In this document: positions 30,097 through 39,451 of the stretch, piece by piece
Layout of the letters: each line of letters begins with the position of its first letter
Numbering within the stretch: position 1 is the first letter of the stretch
From: Candidatus Eiseniibacteriota bacterium
Lineage (GTDB): Bacteria > Eisenbacteria > RBG-16-71-46
Assembly: GCA_044222065.1 (NCBI GenBank)
Contig: JBGAOA010000023.1
Span: 1-55,211 of the forward strand
Reading direction: 5' to 3'
DNA length: 55,211 bases
Notes under the pieces: generated by a model
Told to the model about the DNA's origin: nothing
Seen by the model: only the letters and a program-made list of their open reading frames with translations
The model's database searches: none
Position numbers and translations under genes: made by a program

Positions 30097-30873
30097 CTAG
30101 CGATAGAGCTGCTTCACGCGGCCCCACGTGGACGCCTTCGACGGCGTCAGCTGGAAGCACGCGTCGTCGAACGTCGTACCGACGCCCATGTTGTCGACCG
30201 AGAAGCCCCAGTCCGCCGTGCCGACGTACGCCGGGCTCGCCGGGAGCGTGGCGGCCGTGGCGCTCTGACGCAGCGCGATCGTCGAGATCGCGATCGAGGT
30301 CGCCGCGGCGTTGGTGTTCGTGACGCTCGGGCTCGCCTGGTTCGACGGGTTGACCCACAGCGTCGAGGTCTTCGCGACCGGGTCGTACGCGATGACGATG
30401 CGGTACGACTGGTCGTAGTTGAGCGTCGTCGCCGACCACGGCGTGACGCCGACCGTCGCGCTCGTGCTGCCGTGCGAGATGCCGAACGTCCAGCCACCGC
30501 TGATCGGCAGCACGTACACGCGAGCGACGAAGTTCGCCGTGCCGGCGTCCTTCAGCGCGACGCAGTAGATCGGCTTCGGCGCGGCGGCGACCGCCGGGAT
30601 CATCATCTCGAAGCACGCATACGTCGTGTTCGTGAGCGTCTGCGCCGTGAAGAAGCGGTGATCGTCGTTCGCGTTCGGGCCCGAGCCGACGGCGCGGCCC
30701 GCGATGACCTGGACGTCCGTCGCAGCGCCGCTGAAGTTGGCCCAGCCACCGTTCGGGACGAGATTCCCGTTGGCGTAGCTGAAGCCCTCGGAGAGCAGCA
30801 CCGTCGCGAACGACGGGGCCGCAGCCAGCACGAGCAGGGCGCCGGCGAGAACCGCAATAGCAGTCTTGCGCAT
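30097..30873 (-). CDS. Secreted beta-sandwich (LamG/ConA-like) protein with C-terminal TWGRVKQLYR tail
   Basis: Signal peptide ending APSFA; Ser/Thr/Asn-rich beta-strand sequence; C-terminus TPSKASTWGRVKQLYR*. Confidence 0.85.
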   Translation of the reverse strand: MRKTAIAVLAGALLVLAAAPSFATVLLSEGFSYANGNLVPNGGWANFSGAATDVQVIAGRAVGSGPNANDDHRFFTAQTLTNTTYACFEMMIPAVAAAPKPIYCVALKDAGTANFVARVYVLPISGGWTFGISHGSTSATVGVTPWSATTLNYDQSYRIVIAYDPVAKTSTLWVNPSNQASPSVTNTNAAATSIAISTIALRQSATAATLPASPAYVGTADWGFSVDNMGVGTTFDDACFQLTPSKASTWGRVKQLYR

Positions 30874-31275
30874 GAAAGGGGGCTCCTCTGTTGCGTGACC
30901 ATGGTTGTCGAGGTGTCTCGGAGCCAGCCGCGGGGGGCCGTGCCGGAATCCGTCACCCGCTGATGTCGAACCCGTGAAACGGGGTCGGGCAACCCCCACG
31001 ACGAGCTCACGGGCAGGTCATGGAATTTCGACGCAGAAATGGTAGTGGACCGCGGTGCGCCGGAGCAAGCCGAATGTGCCGTCAGGGCCGAGAGTTGCGC
31101 GGACGGTAACCCGGTTTCATCGAGTTGAAACACGTGCGCTTCGAGCGGGGGACAGCACCCATCTGCGCGGGCATTTGGGCCACCCGGCCAGGACCCCGAA
31201 GCGGAGCGGGGGACGGCCTCTTCGAGCGCTCGTCGGTCCCGGGGGCGGCGACGGTCGAGGCATTTGCCCCTCCCG

Positions 31276-32064
31276 TCAGCGCGCGGGCCGCGCTGCGGCC
31301 GGCTTCCCGGCCCTGAGCCAGGTGTGGAGCGCGTTGAAGATCTGGAACAGGGCGAAGCCGCGCGTGAGCAGGTCCCGGGGGACCCGCTGGGCCACGACCG
31401 AGGACGCGAGCGCGCCGACCGCGGCGCCCAGCGCGAGCCAGCCGACCAGCTTCCAGAGCACGTTCCCGAGCCGCGAGTGTTCCCACGCGCCCGAGGGCGC
31501 GGTGACGAGGATCACGGCGAGCGACGTGCCCTGCGCGAGCGGCTGCGGCATGCCGAGCAGCAGCGTGAACGCCGGCACCGCGAGCACGCCGCCGCCGACG
31601 CCCATGAAGCCCGCGAGCAGGCCGACCGTGGCGCCGAGCGCCACGTCGAAGGCGAACCGCGCCGCGGGCGCGAGGGCGGGCGCCGTCGCCGCGGGCGCGC
31701 CGGCCGACCACAGCATGCGCAGCGCGACGAGCACGAGGAACACGGCGAACGCGCGCTTGAGCTGCGCCGACGACAGCCGCGACGCGAGCCGCGCGCCGTA
31801 GCGCGCCGTGAGCGCGCTCGCGAGTCCGACGAACGCCGCGGTCGTCCAGTCGACGTTGCCGTTCGCGCCGTACACGACGAGCGACGCGATCGCGGTCGCG
31901 CCGATCACCGCGAGCGACGTGCCGTGCGCCTGGTGCTGCGTGGCGGCGAACCAGCCCGTGAGCAGCGGGATCAGGAAGATGCCGCCGCCGACGCCGAACA
32001 GTCCGCCGAACGCGCCCGCGATCACACCCGCCCCGATCGAGCGCGCGCGATCGCGGGCGTTCAT
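31276..32064 (-). CDS. Sulfite exporter TauE/SafE family protein (two repeats)
   Basis: GLFGVGGGIFLIP...AHGTSLA and GFMGVGGGVLAVP...AQGTSLA. Confidence 0.9.
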   Translation of the reverse strand: MNARDRARSIGAGVIAGAFGGLFGVGGGIFLIPLLTGWFAATQHQAHGTSLAVIGATAIASLVVYGANGNVDWTTAAFVGLASALTARYGARLASRLSSAQLKRAFAVFLVLVALRMLWSAGAPAATAPALAPAARFAFDVALGATVGLLAGFMGVGGGVLAVPAFTLLLGMPQPLAQGTSLAVILVTAPSGAWEHSRLGNVLWKLVGWLALGAAVGALASSVVAQRVPRDLLTRGFALFQIFNALHTWLRAGKPAAARPAR

Positions 32065-32068
32065 TCGC

Positions 32069-33034
32069 TCACTCGGCCGGGGCGAAGCTCGCGGGCGCCG
32101 TGCGCTGGATGAGCCGCACGACGTCGGCGAAGCGCGTGGCGTTCGTCGGAGCGCCGAGCACGACCGCGATGAGGTCGCGGCCCTGCGTGCGGATCCAAGT
32201 CGCGAAGCAGTAACCGGCCTCGTTGATGAAGCCGGTCTTCCCGCCGACGATCTCGTAGTCGCTGTAGAGCAGACGGTTCGTGTTCCCGATGAAGTGCGAG
32301 CGCTTCGCCGTCGCGAACTCGTACTTCTGCGTCGTCGTGATCTCGTGGATCAGCGGGTTCTTCGCCGCGACCTCGAGCACGCGCGCGATGTCGGCGGCCG
32401 TCGAGACGTTCCGCTCGTCGAGACCCGTCGTCTCGACGTAGCGCGTGTGCGTCATGCCGAGCGCGAGCGCCTTGCGGTTCATCGCGGCGTGGAAGTCCTC
32501 GCGCGACAGGCCCGACTCGCGCGCGATCACGCGCGTCGCGCAGTTGTCCGACACCATGAGGCTCATGCGCAGCAGGTCGCTCAGCACGACGTGTTCGTTC
32601 GGGCGCAGCTGCGTGTGGCCGGCGCCGGTCCAGTCCTCGCGCGTGACGACCACCTCGCGCGAGAGGTCCGGCTTCTGCTCGAGGAACACGAGCGCCGTCA
32701 TGAGCTTCGTGAGGCTCGCGATCGGCACCGTGCGGGTCGAGTTCTTCTCGAACAGCACCTGGTCCGTCGTCGGGTCGAGCACGATCGCGTTGCGCGCCCA
32801 GACGCCTCCGGGCGGCGGCGTGCGCCGGCGTGCGCGACGCTTGGACGACGCCGTGCGCTTCTTGCCGGCCTTGCTCCCGGCGCTCGCGACGGACGACTTC
32901 GAGGCGCGTGAGGGCGCGCTCGACTTCGAGGTGGATCGGGCTGGGGCGGTGGCGGCTTCGACCCTCGTGGTCGGCCAGGCCACCAGCGCGGCCAGGAGCA
33001 GGAACGTCCCGGCGCGCCAGGCGCGCTGCGTCAT
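32069..33034 (-). CDS. D-Ala-D-Ala endo/carboxypeptidase (S11, PbpG-like)
   Basis: Signal peptide; PIASLTKLMTA (SxxK), SDN, KTGFINEAGYC. Confidence 0.9.
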   Translation of the reverse strand: MTQRAWRAGTFLLLAALVAWPTTRVEAATAPARSTSKSSAPSRASKSSVASAGSKAGKKRTASSKRRARRRTPPPGGVWARNAIVLDPTTDQVLFEKNSTRTVPIASLTKLMTALVFLEQKPDLSREVVVTREDWTGAGHTQLRPNEHVVLSDLLRMSLMVSDNCATRVIARESGLSREDFHAAMNRKALALGMTHTRYVETTGLDERNVSTAADIARVLEVAAKNPLIHEITTTQKYEFATAKRSHFIGNTNRLLYSDYEIVGGKTGFINEAGYCFATWIRTQGRDLIAVVLGAPTNATRFADVVRLIQRTAPASFAPAE

Positions 33035-33267
33035 GAAATCTCCTCCGCGGACGTCCGCGTGAGCGCGGACGAACCGAAACCATCCGTGGTATCGGCAGAA
33101 CAGCGAGCGGCACTTTACGTTTCGATCGCGGCAGGGGTCAACGCGGATTCGCGAGATTCGTCCTCGGGTCGAGCGGGCCGCGCGAGGCGACGCATCCCGC
33201 CCGATCGGCCGCGCGAGCCGTGCGCGCCGCCCGCGCGAGCAGCGCGCGCGGGGCATTCGGCCCGGAC

Positions 33268-35001
33268 TCAGCGCGGCTTCGTCGCCGCGAGTTCGCGCAG
33301 GATCTCGTCGCGCACGAGCGGCAGCGCGACGCCGCTGCGCCGCAGCAGCGCGTCGTGGAACGCGCGCGGAGAGACGCCCGGCCCGAGCGTGCGGCGCACC
33401 TCGTCGCGCAGTTCGAGGATGCGCCACTTGCCGAGCGTGTAGACGAGGTACGTCGGGTCCGCGGCGCCGCGCCGCGCCTCGCGCGCCGCCGTGACGGGCG
33501 ACATGCGGCAGCGCGACTCGAACAGCGCCTGCGCTTCCTCGACGGACATGCCGCGCGTGTGGAGCGACAACCCGACGACGAACCGTCCGACGCGCCGCAG
33601 CGCCGCGAGCTGCTGCGCGAATTCGGCGCGCGGATCGCCGCCGCCGAAGCCGGCCTCGACGGTCATTTGCTCGCAGTAGTGCGCCCAGCCCTCGGTCGCG
33701 CTCGCGCACGGAAACGCCTGGCGGATGCGCGAGCGCAGCTCGCGGCGCGCGAGCGCGTCCCACGCGTGTCCCGGGATCGCCTCGTGGATCGTCACGTTCG
33801 CCGCCGCCCAGCGGTTGAAGAACCGCAGGTGGTCGTGCCGCTGCGCCGCGGTCCAGCCCGCCTCGGGCGGCGTGACGTTGTAGAACGCGCGCACCGAACC
33901 GCGCTCCCACGGCCCCGCCGACTCGAGCGAGGCGAACGACAGTCCGCGGCGGAAGAGCGGCGTCTCGCGCACGACGATCTTCTGGCGCGCGGGCGGCGTG
34001 ACGAGGTCGCGAGCCACGACGAAGTCGCGGATCGAGTCGAGCAGGCTCGCGACGAACGGAACGAGTTCCGCTTCCGTCGGGGCGTCGCGCTCGACCGAAT
34101 CGAGCGCGGCCGCGACGTCGCCTCCGGGCGCGATCCGCGCCGCGAGTTCCGCGAGCCGCGCCTCGAGCCGCTCGAATTCGCGGACGCCGAGCGCGAGCAG
34201 CGTGTCGGGGTCGGCGGTCTCGAACTCTTCGGCCGCGAGCTTTTTCGCGTACAGCTCGCGGCCGAGCGCGAACGAGCCGGTCGAACGCGCGAGGATCTCG
34301 CCGCGCAGCGCGCCGAGGAATTCCTCCGTCGCGCGCACCGCCTGCGTGTCGGCCTCCGCGAGCGCCGCCTGCAGGCCGGGGTCGCGGCAGTCGGCGGTCA
34401 GCTCGCCGATCGTCACGCGATAGAAGCGCAGCGCGCCGTCGAACTGCCCGATCGCGATCTCGGTGTAGATCCGCGGCGGGTCCTGCAGTTGGAGCCGCGC
34501 GGCGCGCAAGATCTCGGGCACGACGCGGAGCCGCCGCGTCGCGCGCACGACGCGCGCGCACGGGCTTCCGGCTTCGCTCTGCAGCACCGACTGGATCGCG
34601 CCCGCGACGAGGTCGAGGTAGCTGCTCGGGTCGCGCGCCCACGAGCGGATCTCGGCGAGCTGGAGCCGCTCGCGTTCGAGCCGCGCGCCGAGGATGCGCG
34701 CGTCCACGGCGCGGTCGGGTGAGAGCGCCTCCGCGGGAATCGCCGCGAGCTCGGCGCGCGCTCGCGCGATCCACTCGAGATCGGACGCGACGCTCGCGGG
34801 CGTGACCGGAAGCAGCACGGCGTCGAGGTCGTGGCGGCCGAGCCGCGTCGCGAGCTGCGGACGGCGGCGCAGGAACTCCTCGAGCACGCGCGCGGAAGTG
34901 CGGTCGAATCGGGCGTCGGCGTCTGCGGCGAACGCCGGCGCCGCGGCGGCGCACGCGAGCGCGATCGCCGCGGCCGCGAGCAGCGCGCGCCGGGGCGTCA
35001 T
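33268..35001 (-). CDS. DUF885 family secreted protein
   Basis: Signal peptide; HEAIPGH, EGWAHYCE, YLVYTLGK, FHDALL. Confidence 0.88.
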   Translation of the reverse strand: MTPRRALLAAAAIALACAAAAPAFAADADARFDRTSARVLEEFLRRRPQLATRLGRHDLDAVLLPVTPASVASDLEWIARARAELAAIPAEALSPDRAVDARILGARLERERLQLAEIRSWARDPSSYLDLVAGAIQSVLQSEAGSPCARVVRATRRLRVVPEILRAARLQLQDPPRIYTEIAIGQFDGALRFYRVTIGELTADCRDPGLQAALAEADTQAVRATEEFLGALRGEILARSTGSFALGRELYAKKLAAEEFETADPDTLLALGVREFERLEARLAELAARIAPGGDVAAALDSVERDAPTEAELVPFVASLLDSIRDFVVARDLVTPPARQKIVVRETPLFRRGLSFASLESAGPWERGSVRAFYNVTPPEAGWTAAQRHDHLRFFNRWAAANVTIHEAIPGHAWDALARRELRSRIRQAFPCASATEGWAHYCEQMTVEAGFGGGDPRAEFAQQLAALRRVGRFVVGLSLHTRGMSVEEAQALFESRCRMSPVTAAREARRGAADPTYLVYTLGKWRILELRDEVRRTLGPGVSPRAFHDALLRRSGVALPLVRDEILRELAATKPR

Positions 35002-35726
35002 GGGCGCGGGACGACGTCCTTCACGAGCGTCATGGGGTCGCCGACCTTGAGCGGCGACGTCGCGAGGAACGCCTGGCCGTGCTTCACGCCGATCTGCCAG
35101 CCCCAGTAGCGCGAGTAGGCTTCGAACGCTTCGCGCGGATGCGGCTGGTTCGCGGGCCGCGGCCGGTCCGGGTGGTAGAACTGCGTCTGGTGACGGTCGA
35201 TCGCGTCGAGCCAGGGCCCGACGAAGTCGGACACGTCCACGACAAACGTCGGCGGAGTTCCCGGCGGGAGGAAGTAGAAGTAGATCGCGCGCGCCTGGTG
35301 CGGCTCGCCCTCGATCGGCGCCTTCGAAAGGTGCGCGAGGTTGTATGCGTTCGCGACGATCTGCCCGCTCTTGTAGTGGTCGTTGTGCCCGAGCCCGCGG
35401 CCGATCGGCAGGTGGTAGTACGGCGCGAGCACGATGGACGGCCGGTGGCGGCGGATCATCGCCGCGGCCTTGCAGCGGTTCTCGAACGTGTCCTCGATGC
35501 GGCAGTCGCCGAGGTCGAGGTTCTCGCGCACGTCGATCTTCAGGATCGCGGCGGCCTCGTCGCTCTCGCCCTTTCGCAGTTCGGGCGTGCCCCAGCCCAT
35601 GTCGCCGGTCGTCATGTCCACGATGCCGGTGCGATGACCGAGGCTCTTCAGCTTGAGCAGCGTCGCGCCGCATCCGATTTCGGCGTCATCGGGATGCGGA
35701 CCGAAGGCGAGAACGTCCACCGGCAT
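34998..35726 (-). CDS. PIG-L/LmbE deacetylase, BshB1-like
   Basis: AFGPHPDDAEIGCGATL, DMTTGD, HNDH; ATGA overlap with the DUF885 gene. Confidence 0.85.
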   Translation of the reverse strand: MPVDVLAFGPHPDDAEIGCGATLLKLKSLGHRTGIVDMTTGDMGWGTPELRKGESDEAAAILKIDVRENLDLGDCRIEDTFENRCKAAAMIRRHRPSIVLAPYYHLPIGRGLGHNDHYKSGQIVANAYNLAHLSKAPIEGEPHQARAIYFYFLPPGTPPTFVVDVSDFVGPWLDAIDRHQTQFYHPDRPRPANQPHPREAFEAYSRYWGWQIGVKHGQAFLATSPLKVGDPMTLVKDVVPRP

Positions 35727-35870
35727 ACGGGGTCTCCGAGCGAGAAGAGGCGCGGCCGAGGGTGGGGGCGGCGAGTGCGGCGTGCGGTGCGCGCGGCGTG
35801 TATCATAGCCACCGCTTCTCGACCGAACAAACCTCTCGGGCGCTCGCCGCGCGCCCACGAATGGGATGCG

Positions 35871-36386
35871 ATGCTGTACTTCGCCTTCGCCTCGAACATG
35901 GATCCGGTGCAGATGCGCCACCGCTGTCCCGACGCGCAGGTCGTCGGGCTCGCGGCCCTGCACGACCACCGCCTCGGGTTCCCGCGCTGGTCGGACGACT
36001 GGGCCGGCGGCGTCGCGAGCCCGCAACTCGCGCACGGCGAGACGCTGTGGGGCGTGCTCTACGAGGTGAGCGAGGCGGATCTGCGCGGCGCCGACGCCTA
36101 CGAGGGCTTCCGCGGGCCCGGCGACCAGCACAACGCCTACGACCGCGAGAGCGTGTGGGTCGAACTCGTGCGGGCCGACGACGGCTCGGTGCCGCGGCGC
36201 GTGCGCGCGCAGATCTACCTCGCGCGCCCGGCGAATCCGGCGCCGCCCTCGCGCCGCTACCTCGACGCGATCGTGCGCGGGGCGCGCGCGCACCGCCTGC
36301 CGGACGAGTACCTCGAGAAGCTCGCGCGCATCCCGGCTGCCGAAGCGCCGGTCGAAGGCGCCGGAGACCCCGCGCTCGGCGCGTAG
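35871..36386 (+). CDS. Gamma-glutamylcyclotransferase (AIG2-like)
   Basis: LYFAFASNM, WGVLYEV, DAYEG, PSRRYL..I..GA..H.LP.EY. Confidence 0.88.
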   Translation: MLYFAFASNMDPVQMRHRCPDAQVVGLAALHDHRLGFPRWSDDWAGGVASPQLAHGETLWGVLYEVSEADLRGADAYEGFRGPGDQHNAYDRESVWVELVRADDGSVPRRVRAQIYLARPANPAPPSRRYLDAIVRGARAHRLPDEYLEKLARIPAAEAPVEGAGDPALGA

Positions 36387-36528
36387 GCTCAGTCTGCGAA
36401 GCTCGATTGCAGGGCGAGAGCGAGCGCGTCGCACGCTTCGCGTGGGTGCCCCGACGGCGTGTGCTCCTGGACGCTCCGCAGCGACGAGCGAGCAGGCCAC
36501 GCGGCCAACGAGCTTCTCGGACTGAACC
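36386..36528. repeat. Structured intergenic repeat, divergent copy C
   Basis: Outer stem 36386-36405/36509-36528 (18 of 20 paired); internal TGCAGGGCGAGAGCGAG and CTCCGCAGCGACGAGCGA resemble copies A and B. Confidence 0.6.
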
Positions 36529-36538
36529 GGACGCCACC

Positions 36539-37732
36539 TCAGCGCCCGCGCGCGAATTCCGCGAGCGCGCGACGCACCTCGGACTCCAGTTCGCGCCACG
36601 CCGCGCGCAGCTCGCGCGCGTTTGCGCGGCAGTAAGCGCTCGCGACGCGCGGATCGCTCGCGGCGAGCCGCGTCGCGCTCGCGAAGCCCGGCCCCGCGAG
36701 ACGCCGCCGCGCGTGCGGCGCGCCGATCCGCCGCAGCGCGGTCGCGAGCACGTACGGCAGGTGACTCGTGCGCGCGAGCGCGCGATCGTGACGCGCGGCG
36801 TCCACGACGAGCGGCCGCGCGCCGAGCGCCGCGACGAACCGGCGCGCGAGCCGCGGCACGCCGCCTCCGAGCGGCAGCAGCGCGAACGGCGCCCCTTCGA
36901 ACAGCTCCGTGCGCGCAGACGCGAAGCCGCGGCCCTCGTGTCCCGCGATCGGGTGTCCGCCGATCGCGCGCACGCCGCGCCGCCCCGCGGCGGCGAGCGC
37001 CGGCGTCACGGGGCCGCGCGCGCTGCCCGTGTCGAGCAGCACGACGCCGCGCGGCAGCGCCGCCGCGGCCTCGGCGATCGCCGCCGGCAGCGCGTCCACC
37101 GGCACCGCGATCACCGCGAGCTGCGCATCGCGGCACGCGTCGGCGATCGAGCGGGCCGCGCGTTCGATCGCGCCCGCGCGCCGCGCCGCGCGCCGCGCGC
37201 CGGCGTCGAGGTCGAAGCCCGTGACGCGCCAGTCCCGTGAGCGGGCGAGTGCGCGCGCGATCGAACCGCCGATCTGCCCGAGCCCGACGATCGCGACGCG
37301 CGTCGCGTCCGGCCGCGCACTCGCGGACCCGGCCGCGTGCAGGTCGGGGCGCAGCGCCTCGGCGCCGTCGAGGTACACGGGCGTGAGCCGCGCGCCGCGC
37401 CGCACGCCGCGCAGCGTCACGAGCACGCGCACGATGCGACGCGGCGCGCCGGGCACGCCGAGCTCCGTCGCGCCGAGCAGCGGCACGTCCTCCCATCCGA
37501 GCCGCCGCGCGGCGTGCGCGGGGAAGTCGGCGTCGAGATCGGGCGTGCTCGTGAAGAGCGCGCTCACGACGTTCGCGGGCGTGAGCCGGTTCTCGTCGAG
37601 CATCGCGCGCAACAGCCGTGCGGTCGCCGTGCGGATCGCTTCGGACGTGTTCGCGGGCGCCTGGATCGCGCCGCGCAGCGCGGCGATGCCGCCGTCGTGG
37701 ACGCGTGCGCGTGCGCGCGGGGTGCGGGTCAT
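36539..37732 (-). CDS. aroH-tyrA: Fusion of AroH-class chorismate mutase and prephenate dehydrogenase (TyrA)
   Basis: N-half LRGAI...SALFTSTPDL..FPA..AR..GWEDVPLL...VYLDGAEALRPDL; C-half IVGLGQIGGS, DTGS, GGHPIAGHE, HDRALARTSHLP, TRLAASDP. Confidence 0.9.
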   Translation of the reverse strand: MTRTPRARARVHDGGIAALRGAIQAPANTSEAIRTATARLLRAMLDENRLTPANVVSALFTSTPDLDADFPAHAARRLGWEDVPLLGATELGVPGAPRRIVRVLVTLRGVRRGARLTPVYLDGAEALRPDLHAAGSASARPDATRVAIVGLGQIGGSIARALARSRDWRVTGFDLDAGARRAARRAGAIERAARSIADACRDAQLAVIAVPVDALPAAIAEAAAALPRGVVLLDTGSARGPVTPALAAAGRRGVRAIGGHPIAGHEGRGFASARTELFEGAPFALLPLGGGVPRLARRFVAALGARPLVVDAARHDRALARTSHLPYVLATALRRIGAPHARRRLAGPGFASATRLAASDPRVASAYCRANARELRAAWRELESEVRRALAEFARGR

Positions 37733-37769
37733 CGGGTCCTCCTCGGGATGCGCTCGCGAGGCGGGCACG

Positions 37770-37801
37770 AAAAAACCCACCTCCGCGATGCGGAAGTGGG
37801 T
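37770..37801 (-). terminator. Attenuator terminator upstream of aroH-tyrA
   Basis: Minus strand ACCCACUUCCGC-AUC-GCGGAGGUGGGU followed by UUUUU, 38 nt before the structural gene start. Confidence 0.85.
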
Positions 37802-37817
37802 GCGTGCGCGACGCGCG

Positions 37818-37886
37818 TCAGGCCCGGACCCACCCCGCGAGGGGATAGGCGTAGGCGTACGGGCGGAGCGCGCGGTCGGCGTTCAT
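37818..37886 (-). CDS. Leader peptide (22 aa) MNADRALRPYAYAYPLAGWVRA
   Basis: Short ORF with three clustered Tyr codons plus one Trp, immediately upstream of the terminator and aroH-tyrA. Confidence 0.8.
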   Translation of the reverse strand: MNADRALRPYAYAYPLAGWVRA

Positions 37887-37896
37887 GACGGCGATC

Positions 37897-37926
37897 ACGC
37901 TACGCAGCGGCGGGCGGCGCGGTCAA
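37897..37926 (-). promoter_or_regulatory. Putative sigma70 promoter for the tyr leader
   Basis: Minus strand TTGACC-N18-TAGCGT, 10 nt upstream of the leader ATG. Confidence 0.5.
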
Positions 37927-37950
37927 CGGCGAAATGCCACGGCGCCCGGC

Positions 37951-38778
37951 TCACGCCGAGACTTCGATGCCCTCGCGCGCGACCTCGGGCGCGAGCGCGG
38001 CGTCGCCGCCGCGCTTCCGGAGCCACAGGCGCGTCGGTCCGTGCGGATCGCGGCCGCGCCGCCCCGGCACGATCAGCACGCGCACGCCGCCGACGGCGCA
38101 GAACGCGGCGCCCTTCTCGACGACCATGTTGCCGTACTCGGACAGCGTGCGGGCGACGCGCAGGCCGAGCAGCTGCTCGAAGCGTGAGGCCGCCGTCTCG
38201 ACGTCGCGCACGGACACCTCGAGCGCCGCGATCCCGGTGAAGCCGTTCGGGTGCTTCGCGCCCGCCGGCACGCGGCGCTCGCGCGGCGTCACGTCTTCGA
38301 TCAGGAACGGCAGCCACGGCGAGTCGGGGAACGCGACCTTCCATTCGAGCCGCTCGCCGTCCGGCCGCGTGCGGCCCATCGCTACCGGGTCGCCGATCGC
38401 GAGGCCGCGCTCGCGCGCGGCCGCGACGGCGGCGGCGACGTCGCTCGTTCCGACCGCCCAGTCTACGAAGCCGCGCCGCACGCCCGTGAGCGAGAGCACG
38501 CGCCGCAGGAAGCCCGGGCGCGAGCGGATCCACGCGAGTCCGGGCGTCGTCGAGCGCAGCACCGCGGCGCCCGCCGGCACGAGGAACGAGCGCGGCGCGA
38601 GCAGTTCGACGTAGCTCGAGTCGGAAAACGCGACGAGCGCGTTCTCGGTCGGGCTGCCCTCGTGCCGCCCGCCGGGCACGACGTCGAAGCCCGCCTCGCC
38701 CCACGCGCGGCGCGCGGCGCCGAGACCCGGGACGAGCACGACGGCGTGATCGAACTGGAATGCGAGCGCGTCATCCAT
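37951..38778 (-). CDS. VOC/glyoxalase-like (Glyoxalase_3) protein
   Basis: FDHAVVLV, PGGRH..TENALV.F...YVEL, RTRPDG.RLEW, PFLIED.TP, HPNG. Confidence 0.88.
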   Translation of the reverse strand: MDDALAFQFDHAVVLVPGLGAARRAWGEAGFDVVPGGRHEGSPTENALVAFSDSSYVELLAPRSFLVPAGAAVLRSTTPGLAWIRSRPGFLRRVLSLTGVRRGFVDWAVGTSDVAAAVAAARERGLAIGDPVAMGRTRPDGERLEWKVAFPDSPWLPFLIEDVTPRERRVPAGAKHPNGFTGIAALEVSVRDVETAASRFEQLLGLRVARTLSEYGNMVVEKGAAFCAVGGVRVLIVPGRRGRDPHGPTRLWLRKRGGDAALAPEVAREGIEVSA

Positions 38779-38800
38779 GAGCGGCGTCCTCCGGCGGAAC

Positions 38801-39451
38801 CTAGTGCGGGTCCCAGCGGGGCGTCGTGCCGAACAGCCCGTCCACGACGCCGATCTGCCACGCGAGCCACAGCCCGAACACGAGCGACACGAGCCCGGTC
38901 GCGACGCGCGCGATGCGCGGCGCCGCGGGCCAGCGCACCGAAGCGGCCGAGATCGGAGCCGCGAATCCGGTCGTGACGAGCACCATGCCGGCGAGCGTGC
39001 CGGCGCCGAACACGAGCAGGTAGAGCGCGGCGTCGAGCGGCCGGCGCACGGTCGCGAGCACGAGCAGCGCGATCGCGGCCGAGCCCGCGAGCCCGTGCAC
39101 GAGCCCGACGACGAACGCACGCCCCGCGGGCACGCGCGCAAGGTCGTCGTGCCGGTGCGGCGGCGTGCGTCCCAGGTTGAGCGCCCCGATCACGATGAGC
39201 GCGATCGCGACGACGAACTCGAGCGACAGTCCGACGCGCGGCGGAACCACGAGGTTGAACGCGACGATCGCGCCGCCCACGACGAACACCGTGAGCGTGT
39301 GACCGAGGCCCCACACGAGCCCGAGCCACGCGGCGGGCGCGAGCCGGCGCGTGCGCGACGTGATCGCGGCGACGGCCGCGACGTGGTCCGGGTCCATCGC
39401 GTGGCGGAGGCCGAGCGCGAGCGCCAGGCCGAGCAGCGCGAACAGGCTCAC
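38801..39451 (-). CDS. Nickel/cobalt transporter-like membrane protein (NiCoT/UreH-type)
   Basis: LGLRHAMDPDH, WGLGHT, GLVHGLAGS; GTG start overlaps the glgP stop. Confidence 0.85.
   Translation of the reverse strand: MSLFALLGLALALGLRHAMDPDHVAAVAAITSRTRRLAPAAWLGLVWGLGHTLTVFVVGGAIVAFNLVVPPRVGLSLEFVVAIALIVIGALNLGRTPPHRHDDLARVPAGRAFVVGLVHGLAGSAAIALLVLATVRRPLDAALYLLVFGAGTLAGMVLVTTGFAAPISAASVRWPAAPRIARVATGLVSLVFGLWLAWQIGVVDGLFGTTPRWDPH

Noticed and set aside
30960..31020. tRNA-like GGTTCGA on the minus strand
   Set aside because: No T-stem closure, acceptor stem or cloverleaf.
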